Made by a program: the position numbers and the translations under genes. Below are positions 1 through 9,380 of a stretch of DNA of 64,000 nt, piece by piece (positions within the stretch are counted from its first letter, which is position 1; each line of letters begins with the position of its first letter). Source of the DNA: Trueperaceae bacterium (GTDB lineage Bacteria > Deinococcota > Deinococci > Deinococcales > Trueperaceae). The stretch spans positions 96,001 through 160,000 of the forward strand of contig JAXHNB010000005.1 of the NCBI GenBank assembly GCA_034520945.1, written 5' to 3'. The notes below the pieces were generated by a model. It was not told the origin of the DNA. It ran no database searches and worked only from the letters and a program-made list of their open reading frames with translations.

Positions 1-19
1 GCGGGACGCACGGGGACGC

Positions 20-1180
20 GTGGTGCTGATCGAAGGCGCGCTGCCGGGCGAAACCGTGGAGGTCGAGGTGGGCCGCCGCGCCGGCGTGGCGGCTGCGCGC
101 GTCACGTCGGTGCTGGACGCCAGCCCCGATCGCATCGAGGCCCCTGCGCATCCCGGGCTCGACCTCGGCTTCGTCTCCTACCCGCGGCAATTGGCCCTGG
201 GGGCGGAGGTGTTGCGCGACGCCGCCCGCCGCAGCGGCGTGGCGCTTCCGGACGTGGGGATCGCGGTGACGCCGTCGCCGCAGCCGTGGGGATACCGCAA
301 CGTGGTGCAGCCCGCCGTGCAGGGCGGACGTCTGGGATACCGCCTGCCGCACAGCGACGACGTTCGGCTCCTGGACGAGGATCCCACCGCCACGCCCGCC
401 GTGCGTACGGCCTGGGACCGGGTGGTCTCGGTCGGGCTCCCGTCCAGCGTGGCCGAAGTCGTGCTGCGCGGCAACGACGACGGCGAGGTGCTGGCTGCGC
501 TTATCACGCGCGCGGCGCCCCGCAGCCTGGTGGACCTGGCGCACCGCCTGGTCGACGCCGGCCTCGCCGGGGTGGCGGCGGCCGCCTGGGATGCCCGCGG
601 CCGCTTTCGTGCCGGCAAGTCCCGCCTGGCCGGCGCGCGGGCGATCCGGCAGCGCTACGGCCGACTGACGCTCACGCTCAGCGCCACGGCGTTCGCCCAA
701 CCCAACCCGGCCGCCGCGGGGCTGATGCTGGAGGCGCTGGAGGAGATGGCGTCCGGCGGCGGGGTGGCGTACGAACTGTTCGCCGGTAGCGGGGTGATCG
801 CCCTGCACCTGGCCGCGCGCTACCGGGAGCTCGTGGCCATCGAGATCGCCTCGGAAGGCGTGGCGCGGGGGCGGGCCGATGCGGCCCGGCTCGATATGGA
901 CCACGTGCGCTTCGTGCGCGGTGATGCGCGCACGGCATACCTGTCGCGCGTCGACACGTTGGTGGTCGACCCGCCCCGCGCCGGCCTGGCGAAGCCGCTG
1001 CGGGCCGCGATCGACGCCTCCACCGCCCGCGAGCTGTTGTACGTGTCGTGCGATGTCGCGACCTGGGCGCGGGACGCTGCCGACTTCACGGCGCGCGGGT
1101 GGCGGCTCACCGAGGTGCGGGCGTTCGATTTTCAGCCGCACACGCACCATCTCGAGTTGGCCACGCGGTTCGAACGCTAG
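20..1180 (+). CDS. RlmD/TrmA-family RNA (uracil-5)-methyltransferase; the true start probably lies upstream of the window
   Basis: TRAM-like N-terminus (GALPGETVEVEV), AFAQPN, ELFAGSG SAM motif, VVDPPRAGL, YVSC catalytic Cys, DFQPHTHHLE. Confidence 0.85.
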   Translation: MVLIEGALPGETVEVEVGRRAGVAAARVTSVLDASPDRIEAPAHPGLDLGFVSYPRQLALGAEVLRDAARRSGVALPDVGIAVTPSPQPWGYRNVVQPAVQGGRLGYRLPHSDDVRLLDEDPTATPAVRTAWDRVVSVGLPSSVAEVVLRGNDDGEVLAALITRAAPRSLVDLAHRLVDAGLAGVAAAAWDARGRFRAGKSRLAGARAIRQRYGRLTLTLSATAFAQPNPAAAGLMLEALEEMASGGGVAYELFAGSGVIALHLAARYRELVAIEIASEGVARGRADAARLDMDHVRFVRGDARTAYLSRVDTLVVDPPRAGLAKPLRAAIDASTARELLYVSCDVATWARDAADFTARGWRLTEVRAFDFQPHTHHLELATRFER

Positions 1181-1219
1181 GCCGGGCGCGGGTGGGCCCC
1201 CCGCGGTATCGTGGCGGCC

Positions 1220-2038
1220 GTGTTGGCCAAACGGATCATTCCCTGCCTCGACGTGCACGCCGGACGGGTGACGCGCGGGCAACAGTTCGGACGCGCGGAG
1301 GCGGGCGAGCTGGACGACGTCGGCGACCCGGTCGCGTTGGCGTTGCGCTACGACGCCCAGGAGGCGGACGAGTTGGTGCTGTACGACATCACCGCCACGG
1401 CAGAGGGGCGCGCGGCGATCCTCGACGTCGCCACCCGCGTGGCGGAGCGCTGCTTCATGCCGCTCACCATCGGCGGCGGGGTGCGGACGCTGGAGGACGT
1501 GCGCGCCTTGTTCCTGGCCGGGGCGGACAAGGTGTCGATCAACTCCGGGGCGGTGGCCGATCCGGAGCTGATCCGGCGGGCCTCCGACCACTTCGGCGCG
1601 CAAGCGGTGGTGCTGTCCATCGACGTGAAGCGGCGCGGCTCGGGGGACGGCTGGGACGTGTACGTCGCCGGCGGGCGCAAGGAGACGGGACTGGACGCGG
1701 TTGCCTGGGCCACGCGCGGGCAGGAACTGGGTGCCGGCGAGATCGTGCTGAACTCGATCGACGCCGACGGCATGAAGACCGGCTACGACCTGGGGGCGAC
1801 GCGGACGGTGGCCCGCGCGGTCGACCTGCCGGTGGTGGCCTCGGGCGGCGCAGGTCACAGTGATCACCTGCGCGACGTGCTGCAGCTCGGCGAGGCGGAC
1901 GCCGCGCTGGCGGCCGGCATCTTCCACCGCGGCGAGACGACGGTCGGCGACGTCAAGCGGCGCCTGGCCGCCACCGGCGTGCCGGTCCGGCTGGACGCGC
2001 TGGATCACCTCGACGCGAAGGGAGCACCGACGGCATGA
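1220..2038 (+). CDS. hisF: Imidazole glycerol phosphate synthase cyclase subunit
   Basis: [48 protein letters not shown] at 1220 chosen because it gives the canonical N-terminus and lies 7 nt after TATCGT. Confidence 0.97.
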   Translation: MLAKRIIPCLDVHAGRVTRGQQFGRAEAGELDDVGDPVALALRYDAQEADELVLYDITATAEGRAAILDVATRVAERCFMPLTIGGGVRTLEDVRALFLAGADKVSINSGAVADPELIRRASDHFGAQAVVLSIDVKRRGSGDGWDVYVAGGRKETGLDAVAWATRGQELGAGEIVLNSIDADGMKTGYDLGATRTVARAVDLPVVASGGAGHSDHLRDVLQLGEADAALAAGIFHRGETTVGDVKRRLAATGVPVRLDALDHLDAKGAPTA

Positions 2039-3195
2039 GCGACGACGCGCCTGAGACGCTGCACCCCGAGACGCTGGCCGTCCACGGCGGCCAGCGGCCC
2101 GACCCCGCCACCGGCGCCGTCGTGCCGCCCATTCATCCTGCGACGACCTTCGTCCGCAATGATGACGGCCAGCCGCGGGCCGGCTGGACGTACGCACGCA
2201 GCGGCAACCCCACCCGTGAGGCGCTGGAGGCGGCGTTGACGGCGCTGCAACCCGGCGCCGGCGCGTGCGCGGCGTTCGCGTCCGGCTCGGCGGCCGCAGC
2301 GGCGGTGATGCGGATCGTCGAGCCGGGCGGGCACGTGCTGCTGCCCCTCGACATGTACCACGGCATTCGGACGCTGCTGCAAGGGGAACACCGCCGCTGG
2401 GGCCTGACGGTCGCCTTCGTCGACATGGCGGACGCAGGCGCCGTCCAGGAGGCCCTCACGGACGGCGCCTCGCTGGTATGGATCGAGACGCCGTCCAACC
2501 CTCGCCTGCTGCTGACCGACGTGCGCGCGGTGGCCGAGGCGGCGCACGCGGCCGGCGCCCGGGTGGCGGTCGACGCCACCTGGACGCCGCCGCCGCTGCA
2601 GGACCCGTTCGCCCTGAACGCCGACCTGGTGGTCCATGCCACCACCAAGTACCTGGCCGGCCACAGCGACGTGGTGGGGGGTGCCGTGCTGGCCCGGTCC
2701 GAAGAGGACGCCGCCTTCGCGCGGGTGCGCTGGCTGCAGCGGCACGAGGGCGCGGTGCCGTCGCCGTTCGACGCCTGGTTGACGCTGCGGGGGCTCCGGA
2801 CGCTGGCGTTGCGCATGCGCGCGGCCTGCGCGGGCGCGGAACGCATCGCGGCCTTCCTGGCGGAGCACGACGCGGTGCTGGAGGTGCACCACCCCAGCCT
2901 GGCCACCCACCCGCAACACGAGCTGGCGCGCGCGCAGATGACGTCGTTCGGGGCGATGCTCAGCGTGCGGGTGCGGGGTGGCGCCGAGGCGGCGGCGCGC
3001 GTCGCGTCGGCCACCCGTTTGTTCACGCGCGCCACCAGCCTGGGCGGGGTGGAGAGCCTGATCGAGCACCGCGCGCCCGTGGAGGGGCCGGACACCGCCA
3101 CGCCGCCCGACCTGCTCCGCATCTCGGTCGGGATCGAGCATCCCGACGACCTGATCCGCGACCTGGCGCGGGCGCTCGGGCGCGTGGACGGGTAG
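2035..3195 (+). CDS. Cystathionine gamma-synthase/lyase family PLP enzyme (housekeeping-context paralog)
   Basis: [30 protein letters not shown] (PLP Lys), [15 protein letters not shown] overlap with hisF. Confidence 0.88.
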   Translation: MSDDAPETLHPETLAVHGGQRPDPATGAVVPPIHPATTFVRNDDGQPRAGWTYARSGNPTREALEAALTALQPGAGACAAFASGSAAAAAVMRIVEPGGHVLLPLDMYHGIRTLLQGEHRRWGLTVAFVDMADAGAVQEALTDGASLVWIETPSNPRLLLTDVRAVAEAAHAAGARVAVDATWTPPPLQDPFALNADLVVHATTKYLAGHSDVVGGAVLARSEEDAAFARVRWLQRHEGAVPSPFDAWLTLRGLRTLALRMRAACAGAERIAAFLAEHDAVLEVHHPSLATHPQHELARAQMTSFGAMLSVRVRGGAEAAARVASATRLFTRATSLGGVESLIEHRAPVEGPDTATPPDLLRISVGIEHPDDLIRDLARALGRVDG

Positions 3196-3205
3196 ACTCG
3201 GCCCC

Positions 3206-3856
3206 ATGCAGCCGTCTGGCAGCTCGTTTTCGATCGACGACGTCGCCTTCGGGCCGGAGGGCCTGGTGGCGGTGGTGGCGCAGGACGCCGATTCGGGCGA
3301 GGTGCTGATGCTGGCGTGGGCCGACCGCGAGGCGCTCGAGGCCACGCTCCGCACCCGCGACGCGCACTACCACAGCCGCTCGCGGGACGCGCTGTGGCGC
3401 AAGGGCGCCACCAGCGGGCACGTTCAGCGCGTCCAGGAGGTCCGCTTGGACTGCGACGGCGATGCCGTGCTGTACCGGGTGCACCAGCATGGCCCCGCCT
3501 GCCATACCGGCGCGAGGAGCTGCTTTCACCGCCCCATGGCCGGCGACGACGCGCCCACGCTGGGTGACGCCTTCGGGCTGCTGCAGCGCGTCGTCGACGA
3601 GCGCCTGCGCGAGCTGCCGGACGGGTCGTACGTCACGCGCTTGCACCGGCGCGGGCCGGGCTACGTGGCCCAGAAGGTGATCGAGGAGGCCGGCGAGACG
3701 GTCGTTGCGGCCCTGCAGCAGGAGGACGACGCGCTACGTGACGAGGCGGCCGACCTGTTGTTCCACCTCGCGGTGCTTCTGCGCGAGCGTGGCGCGTCGC
3801 TGGCCGACGTCGCGGCGGTCCTGGTGGACCGGCACCGCGTCCGCACCGAAGGCTGA
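3206..3856 (+). CDS. hisIE: Bifunctional phosphoribosyl-AMP cyclohydrolase / phosphoribosyl-ATP diphosphatase
   Basis: [45 protein letters not shown]. Confidence 0.95.
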   Translation: MQPSGSSFSIDDVAFGPEGLVAVVAQDADSGEVLMLAWADREALEATLRTRDAHYHSRSRDALWRKGATSGHVQRVQEVRLDCDGDAVLYRVHQHGPACHTGARSCFHRPMAGDDAPTLGDAFGLLQRVVDERLRELPDGSYVTRLHRRGPGYVAQKVIEEAGETVVAALQQEDDALRDEAADLLFHLAVLLRERGASLADVAAVLVDRHRVRTEG

Positions 3857-3915
3857 GCCCCGCACGGGTCGGTACAACGCCCGCGCCGGCGGGCCGTTGC
3901 GGCATGGTGGGGACC

Positions 3916-4983
3916 ATGGACGACGCCTCGAACCGATCCGCCCGTGAGCAAGGATCCGCGCCGTCGCATCGCGCGACGGGGCCCGCCGAGCCGGACGCGG
4001 CCCGCACCGAGATGGAGCGGGCCCTGGTCCTCGACACGGTCCGCGTCACCGAGCAGGCCGCCATCGCCGCCAGCCGCGTCGCCGGCATGGGCGACGAGGA
4101 CCGGGTGGACCGGGCCGGCACCGAGGCCATGCGGCGCGTCCTGAACGAGTTGGACATCGACGGCGAGATCGTGATCGGCGAGGGGGAGCGCGACGAGGCG
4201 CCGATGTTGTTCACCAACGAACGGGTCGGCCGAGCGGGCCAAGGCGCCTGGCCGGTCGACATCGCCGTCGACCCGGTCGAGGGCACCGGCATCACCGCCC
4301 GCATGGTGAACGGTTCGGTGGCGGTGATCGCGCTGGCGGAGCGGGGCGGGTTGTTGCGCGCGCCCGACATCTACATGGACAAGGTGGTCGTTGGCCCGCC
4401 GGCGGCGGGGCGCGTCGATCTGGCGCGCCCCGTGGCGGACAACCTGGCCGCCGTCGCGGACGGCCTGGGGCGGCAGGTGCGCGACCTTACGGTGGTGATC
4501 CTGGACCGGCCCCGCCACGCCGAGTTGACCCAAGAGGTCCGCGAAGCGGGCGCGCGCGTCAAGCTGATCGGGGACGGCGACGTGATCACCGCGCTGGCGG
4601 CCGCGATCCGGGGCACCAGCGTGCACGCCGTGATGGGGACGGGTGGGGCGCCCGAGGGCGTGCTGGCGGCCGCCGCGTTGCGCTGCCTGGGGGGTGAGAT
4701 CCAGGGCCGTTTCGCGCCGCGCAACGACGACGAGCGCGGCCGGCTCCGGGCGGCCGGGGTGGAGGAGGGCCGCATCTACCACACGGACGAGCTGGCTCCG
4801 GGGACGCAGCTGGTGTTCAGCGCCACCGGCATCACGGACGGCGATCTGCTGCGGGGCGTGAAGTTCTTTCAGGACGGGGCCCGGACGCACTCGGTCGCGA
4901 TGGGGTTGCGCAGTCGCGTGATCCGTTTCTCGGACGCCGTGCACCTGCTGGAACCCGGGGCGCGGGTCAGCATCCAGTTGTAG
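3916..4983 (+). CDS. glpX: Class II fructose-1,6-bisphosphatase (alternative start at 4012)
   Basis: [58 protein letters not shown]. Confidence 0.95.
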   Translation: MDDASNRSAREQGSAPSHRATGPAEPDAARTEMERALVLDTVRVTEQAAIAASRVAGMGDEDRVDRAGTEAMRRVLNELDIDGEIVIGEGERDEAPMLFTNERVGRAGQGAWPVDIAVDPVEGTGITARMVNGSVAVIALAERGGLLRAPDIYMDKVVVGPPAAGRVDLARPVADNLAAVADGLGRQVRDLTVVILDRPRHAELTQEVREAGARVKLIGDGDVITALAAAIRGTSVHAVMGTGGAPEGVLAAAALRCLGGEIQGRFAPRNDDERGRLRAAGVEEGRIYHTDELAPGTQLVFSATGITDGDLLRGVKFFQDGARTHSVAMGLRSRVIRFSDAVHLLEPGARVSIQL

Positions 4984-5023
4984 GACGTCGGGTCGCCGTG
5001 CCCGTGCGCCTGGGGCGCGGCGC

Positions 5024-6187
5024 TCAGCGCACGAACAGGTCGCGCGGGAAGTCGGTGATGCGCTCGCCCCCCTCGGCGGTGACGCGGATGGTTTCGGTGC
5101 ACCCGATCCCCCCCTTGCCCGGCATCTGGACCCAGGGCAGAAGGTGAAACGTCATGTTCTCCTGCAGGGGACGGGTCTCGCCGGGCTTCATGCTGAGGAT
5201 CTGCCCCTCGCCCCAGTCGGGCGGGACGGCGATGCCGACGGAGTAGGCCACCCGCGACGCCTGCATGCCGCCGAAGCCGAACTCGGCGATCACCTGACGC
5301 GCGCGGTGGTCGACGTCGCCGGCGGGGACGCCCGGCGCGACCGTGGCCAGGGCGGCGTCGAAGGCCGCCTGGACGGCTTCGAACGCGTGGCGGGCGGCCG
5401 GGTCGGGATCGCCGATCATCACGGTGCGCATCATGGGGGCGTGGTAGCGGCTGCGGCAGCCGGAGATCTCGAGGAACAGGGTGTCCTGGGCTTCCAGGCG
5501 GCGTCCGGACCAGGTGGCATGGCCGATGGCGCCCCGCTCGCCGGAGGCGACGAACGGCACGATGGAGGGCCACTCGCTCCCGGCGCGGATCATGGCGGAC
5601 ATCACCTCCGCCGCCACGTCGTTCTCGGTGCTGCCGGCCCGGGCCGCGTCGACGCCGGCCTGCATGCCGGCCTCGGTGGTGCGTGCCGCGGCGCGGATGC
5701 GCTCGATCTCCAGGGGCGACTTGACGAGGCGGCCGGCCTCGACCAGCCCGGAGCCGTCGATCCAGTCGACCTCGGGGAGCAAGGAGAACAGGCGGTCCTG
5801 CTGGGCTGCCGTGAAGAACCAGCCGTCGCGTTCGTACCCGATCCGGCCCCGGTCGAGCCCCATGGCGGTCAGCTCGCCGACGAGGATCTTCATCGGATCC
5901 TGGTCGTCGCGGTAGCCGACGTTGTGCTCCGGCTCGATCCAGCTGAGGGCGTCCATGCCGCTGATCTCGAGCAGGCGCGACACCGCGGTGGGCTCGCCGT
6001 ACAGCGGCACGATCAGGCCCTGCCACCAGTAGTGCCCCGGGCTCTCGAAACCGGTGAGGTAGGTGATGTTCTCGGGCGTGGTGGTGATCATGGCAATGAC
6101 GCCGACGTCGTCCATGCGCTCGCGCAAGGCGCCTAAGCGAGCCTGGTACTCGCGGGTGGGGAAGGGAAGCCTGTCGTGGTCTCGCAT
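5024..6187 (-). CDS. Creatinase/M24-fold hydrolase, EutD/DoeA (ectoine hydrolase)-like
   Basis: LPFPTREYQARL N-terminus, KSPLEI, LEISGC..RYHAP..RT and PPDWGE motifs. The metal-binding Asp/His set of aminopeptidase P is not evident. Divergent from the ehu/eut operon; GGAG SD before the ATG. Confidence 0.75.
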   Translation of the reverse strand: MRDHDRLPFPTREYQARLGALRERMDDVGVIAMITTTPENITYLTGFESPGHYWWQGLIVPLYGEPTAVSRLLEISGMDALSWIEPEHNVGYRDDQDPMKILVGELTAMGLDRGRIGYERDGWFFTAAQQDRLFSLLPEVDWIDGSGLVEAGRLVKSPLEIERIRAAARTTEAGMQAGVDAARAGSTENDVAAEVMSAMIRAGSEWPSIVPFVASGERGAIGHATWSGRRLEAQDTLFLEISGCRSRYHAPMMRTVMIGDPDPAARHAFEAVQAAFDAALATVAPGVPAGDVDHRARQVIAEFGFGGMQASRVAYSVGIAVPPDWGEGQILSMKPGETRPLQENMTFHLLPWVQMPGKGGIGCTETIRVTAEGGERITDFPRDLFVR

Positions 6188-6235
6188 GTATGGACTCCCG
6201 TTCGCGGCGGTGCCGAACGTGGTCGGCGCGGCTGG

Positions 6236-6264
6236 TTGACAGGGGCGAGGCGTCCCCGTAGACT
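6236..6264 (+). promoter_or_regulatory. Sigma70-type promoter for the GntR-led ectoine operon
   Basis: TTGACA (6236-6241), 17 nt spacer, TAGACT (6259-6264). Confidence 0.8.
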
Positions 6265-6281
6265 TCGCACAGGTACGCAAC

Positions 6282-6291
6282 TTGTATACAA
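6282..6291. promoter_or_regulatory. Putative GntR/FadR-type operator
   Basis: Perfect AT-rich palindrome TTGTATACAA in a very GC-rich background; it matches the GT-Nx-AC GntR-family operator pattern and lies next to a GntR gene. Confidence 0.75.
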
Positions 6292-6307
6292 CCCCAATAC
6301 GGGTTGC

Positions 6308-6337
6308 ATTCTAAGTCGCCCGCCGCGCGCGGGTCAA
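6308..6337 (-). promoter_or_regulatory. Sigma70-type promoter for the EutD-like hydrolase
   Basis: Minus strand TTGACC (6337-6332), 18 nt spacer, TAGAAT (6313-6308). Confidence 0.7.
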
Positions 6338-6395
6338 TCGTTCACGCCGGCGTGGCCACAACGCACGCCTACGCGCCTCCCTCGAAAGGAGCTCC

Positions 6396-7070
6396 GTGCC
6401 AGAAGGCCGAGACGTGGGCTCGATCTACCGGCTGCTACGCGAGCGGATCGCGTTGCTCGACTACCCGCCGGGCACCCTCCTGAGCGAGAACCGTCTGGCG
6501 CGCGAATTCGGCGTCAGCCGTACCCCCATCCGGCGCGTGCTGCACCGGTTGGAGTTCGACGGGCTGGTCAGCGTCGAGCGGGGCGTCGGCACGCTGGTGA
6601 CGTCGGTCGACGTGCGCTACCTGAAGCAGGTGTACGATCTCAGGTTGGCGCTGACCCACGTGATCGCCGAGCTGGACCCGTCGTTGGTGTCGCAGGACGA
6701 GATCGAACGGCTGCGCCAGCTGCTGACCTCGACCCGGACGCTGGCCGGCACGGGCGACGCCTCCGGCCTGGCCCGCGCGTATCTGTACTTCAACGAGACC
6801 GTCACGCGGGCGATCGGCAACGAGCCGCTGCGCGAGATCGCCGACCGGCTGTTCTACCTCACCCAACGGACCTGGTTGGAGGCGCTGCCCGCCTTGGACT
6901 GGGACCACGAGGTCGAGACCGTCTGCAACGAGATCGAGGCCACCGCCGACGCGCTCGAACAGGGCGACATGCGCGCCGTCGCCGACGTGCGCCGGCACTA
7001 CATGATCGACTGCATCCATCGCGTCGGCACGTACCTTGGTACGTTCGACGCCACGAGCGAACCGTCATGA
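6396..7070 (+). CDS. GntR family transcriptional regulator (FadR/FCD type)
   Basis: YPPGTLLSENRLAREFGVSRTPIRRVL wHTH plus helical C-terminal domain, 224 aa; AAGGAG SD. Confidence 0.92.
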   Translation: MPEGRDVGSIYRLLRERIALLDYPPGTLLSENRLAREFGVSRTPIRRVLHRLEFDGLVSVERGVGTLVTSVDVRYLKQVYDLRLALTHVIAELDPSLVSQDEIERLRQLLTSTRTLAGTGDASGLARAYLYFNETVTRAIGNEPLREIADRLFYLTQRTWLEALPALDWDHEVETVCNEIEATADALEQGDMRAVADVRRHYMIDCIHRVGTYLGTFDATSEPS

Positions 7071-7122
7071 ACCGCCCGTCCACACCCCGATGGGGACCGG
7101 ACGCGGCCAAAGGAGGAACGAC

Positions 7123-8334
7123 GTGAACGAACGAGATCGGATCGGAACGGCGACGCGCGCCGTGTGGGGCGGCGAGGAGGTCGCCCGCGCGGGTGGGGCG
7201 ACCCAGGTGCCGGTGGTGCACAGCGTGTCGTTCGGCTACGACGACCTGGAGCACTGGCGCGACGTCGCCCTGGAGCGCACCGAGGGCCATATCTACAGCC
7301 GCAACACCAACCCCACCGTTGCGGTGTTCGAGGAGAAGATCCGGCTCCTGGAGGGGGCCGAGGCCGCCACCAGCTTCGCCACCGGGATGGCGGCGATCAG
7401 CAACACGCTGTTCACGCTGCTGGCCCCCGGCGACCGCGTCGTGTCGGTCAAGGACACCTACGGCGGCACCAGCCGACTGTTCCTGGACTGGGTGCCCAAG
7501 TTCGGCATCGACGTCGCACTGTGCGACACCGGCGACACCGAGGCCCTGCTACGCGAGATCGACGCGGGGTGCACCGTGCTGTACCTCGAGACCCCCACCA
7601 ACCCGACCTGCAAGATCCTGGACATCCGGCGCTTGGCGCAGCGGGCCAAGGACCGTGGCGCCACGGTGGTGGTCGACAACACCTTCGCCACCCCCGTCAA
7701 TCAGAACCCCCTGGCGTTGGGCGCCGACCTGGTGATCCACAGCGCGACGAAGTACCTCGGCGGCCACGCCGATGCCCTCGGCGGCGCCGTGTGCGGCGAT
7801 CAGGAACTCGTGATGCGCATCTTTCGCTTCCGCGAGGTGAACGGCGCCACGCTGCACCCCGAGGCCGCCTACCTGCTGCTGCGCGGCATGAAGACGCTCG
7901 ACCTGCGCATCGAGCGCCAGAACCACAACGCGATGGAGATCGCCCGGCACTTGGACGGGCACGACTTCGTGGAGCGGGTGTTCTACCCCGGCCTGCCCGC
8001 GCACCCCGGGCACGACGTCGCCCGCGGCCAGATGCGGGGCTTTGGCGGCATGCTGTCGTTTCAGCTGCCCGGCGACTTCGACACCGTCCGTACCTTCCTC
8101 CCCCGCCTCCGCTTCGCGCACCGCGCTGCCAACCTCGGCGCGGTCGAGACGGTGGTGGCACCGCCCCGCACCGGCAGCCACGTCGAGCTGACCGAAGAGG
8201 AGCGCGCCTCGCTGGGCATCCCCGAGACGCTGGTCCGCTACTCCGCCGGCATCGAGGACGTGAACGATCTGATCGGCGATCTCGACCAGGCGCTGGCCCA
8301 CGCCGCCGAGCGGCACCCCAGGCCCACGTCATGA
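7123..8334 (+). CDS. Cystathionine gamma-synthase family PLP enzyme inside the ectoine operon
   Basis: IYSRNTNPT, FATGMAAIS, YLETPTNPT, VDNTFATP, HSATKYLGGH (PLP Lys); AGGAGG SD before GTG 7123. Confidence 0.9.
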   Translation: MNERDRIGTATRAVWGGEEVARAGGATQVPVVHSVSFGYDDLEHWRDVALERTEGHIYSRNTNPTVAVFEEKIRLLEGAEAATSFATGMAAISNTLFTLLAPGDRVVSVKDTYGGTSRLFLDWVPKFGIDVALCDTGDTEALLREIDAGCTVLYLETPTNPTCKILDIRRLAQRAKDRGATVVVDNTFATPVNQNPLALGADLVIHSATKYLGGHADALGGAVCGDQELVMRIFRFREVNGATLHPEAAYLLLRGMKTLDLRIERQNHNAMEIARHLDGHDFVERVFYPGLPAHPGHDVARGQMRGFGGMLSFQLPGDFDTVRTFLPRLRFAHRAANLGAVETVVAPPRTGSHVELTEEERASLGIPETLVRYSAGIEDVNDLIGDLDQALAHAAERHPRPTS

Positions 8335-9380
8335 ACCTCTTCCGCGTCGCACTGGTCGGCTTCGGCACCGTCGGGCAGGGTTTTGCGCGGATCCTGCGGG
8401 ACCATGGCGAGGCCCTGCGCAGCCGTCACGGACTGAATGTTCGCATCACCGCGGTGTCCGACGTACGTCGCGGCAGCCTGCACGATCCCGAAGGCTTGGA
8501 TCTGGACGCCCTGCTGGCCGCGGTCGAGGCGGGCGGCACGCTGGCGGGCGTGTCCGCACGCGACCGCGACTGGGACGCGCTCACCACCATTCAGGGCGCC
8601 GAGGCCGACGTGATGGCCGAGCTGGCCTTCACCGACCTCGACAGCGGCGAACCGGCCCTCACGCACGTGCGTGCCGCCCTGACGCGCGGCCTGCACGTGA
8701 TCACCACCAACAAGGGACCGATCGCGCTGGCCTACCCGGAGCTGGCCGACCTGGCGCGGCGCCACGGCGTCCGCCTCGAGAGCGAAGGCACCGTGATGAG
8801 CGGTACGCCCGCCCTGCACCTCGGCACCGAACTCCTCGCCGTCGCCAACGTCACCCGCATCGAAGGGGTCCTGAACGGCACCAGCAACTACGTACTGACG
8901 CGCATGGAGGCCGGCCTCGACTTCGCCGCCGCGCTCGGGGAAGCGCAGGCGAAGGGGTACGCCGAAGCGGATCCCAGCGGCGACGTGGACGGGATCGACG
9001 CGGCGGGCAAGGTGGTGATCCTCGCCAACCGCGTGATGGGGGCCGAGCTGCGCATGGCCGACGTCCCCCGCGAGGGCATTCGCGCGCTCACCCCCGAACG
9101 GGTCGCCGAGGCGGCCGAGGTTCATGAACGCTGGAAGCTGCTCGGGAGGGTCCGGCGCGACGCGGACGGCAGCGTGCGCGCCGACGTCGCCCCGCGCCGC
9201 CTGTCCGCCACGCATCCCCTGGCCAGCGTCTCAGGCGCCAGCAACGCCGTGACCTTCACCACCGACCTGCTGGGCGACGTGACGCTGGTCGGCCCGGGCG
9301 CGGGCCGGCTCGAGACCGGCTACGCCCTGATCGAGGACCTGCTGGCGCTCCAGCGGCACCATGGAGGGACGCGGGCATGA
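8331..9380 (+). CDS. hom: Homoserine dehydrogenase, short form with no ACT domain
   Basis: GFGTVG Rossmann motif, VITTNKGP, GVLNGTSNYVL, GYAEADPSGDVDGIDAAGK, GPGAG; ATGA overlap with the upstream gene. Confidence 0.9.
   Translation: MNLFRVALVGFGTVGQGFARILRDHGEALRSRHGLNVRITAVSDVRRGSLHDPEGLDLDALLAAVEAGGTLAGVSARDRDWDALTTIQGAEADVMAELAFTDLDSGEPALTHVRAALTRGLHVITTNKGPIALAYPELADLARRHGVRLESEGTVMSGTPALHLGTELLAVANVTRIEGVLNGTSNYVLTRMEAGLDFAAALGEAQAKGYAEADPSGDVDGIDAAGKVVILANRVMGAELRMADVPREGIRALTPERVAEAAEVHERWKLLGRVRRDADGSVRADVAPRRLSATHPLASVSGASNAVTFTTDLLGDVTLVGPGAGRLETGYALIEDLLALQRHHGGTRA

Noticed and set aside
7123..9380. Reading CGS-like + hom as an ordinary methionine/threonine biosynthesis operon
   Set aside because: No metX/metA, thrB/thrC or recognisable SAM/T-box leader. 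The genes are coupled to an ALDH and ehuA under a GntR. A biosynthetic role is not excluded but fits the context poorly.
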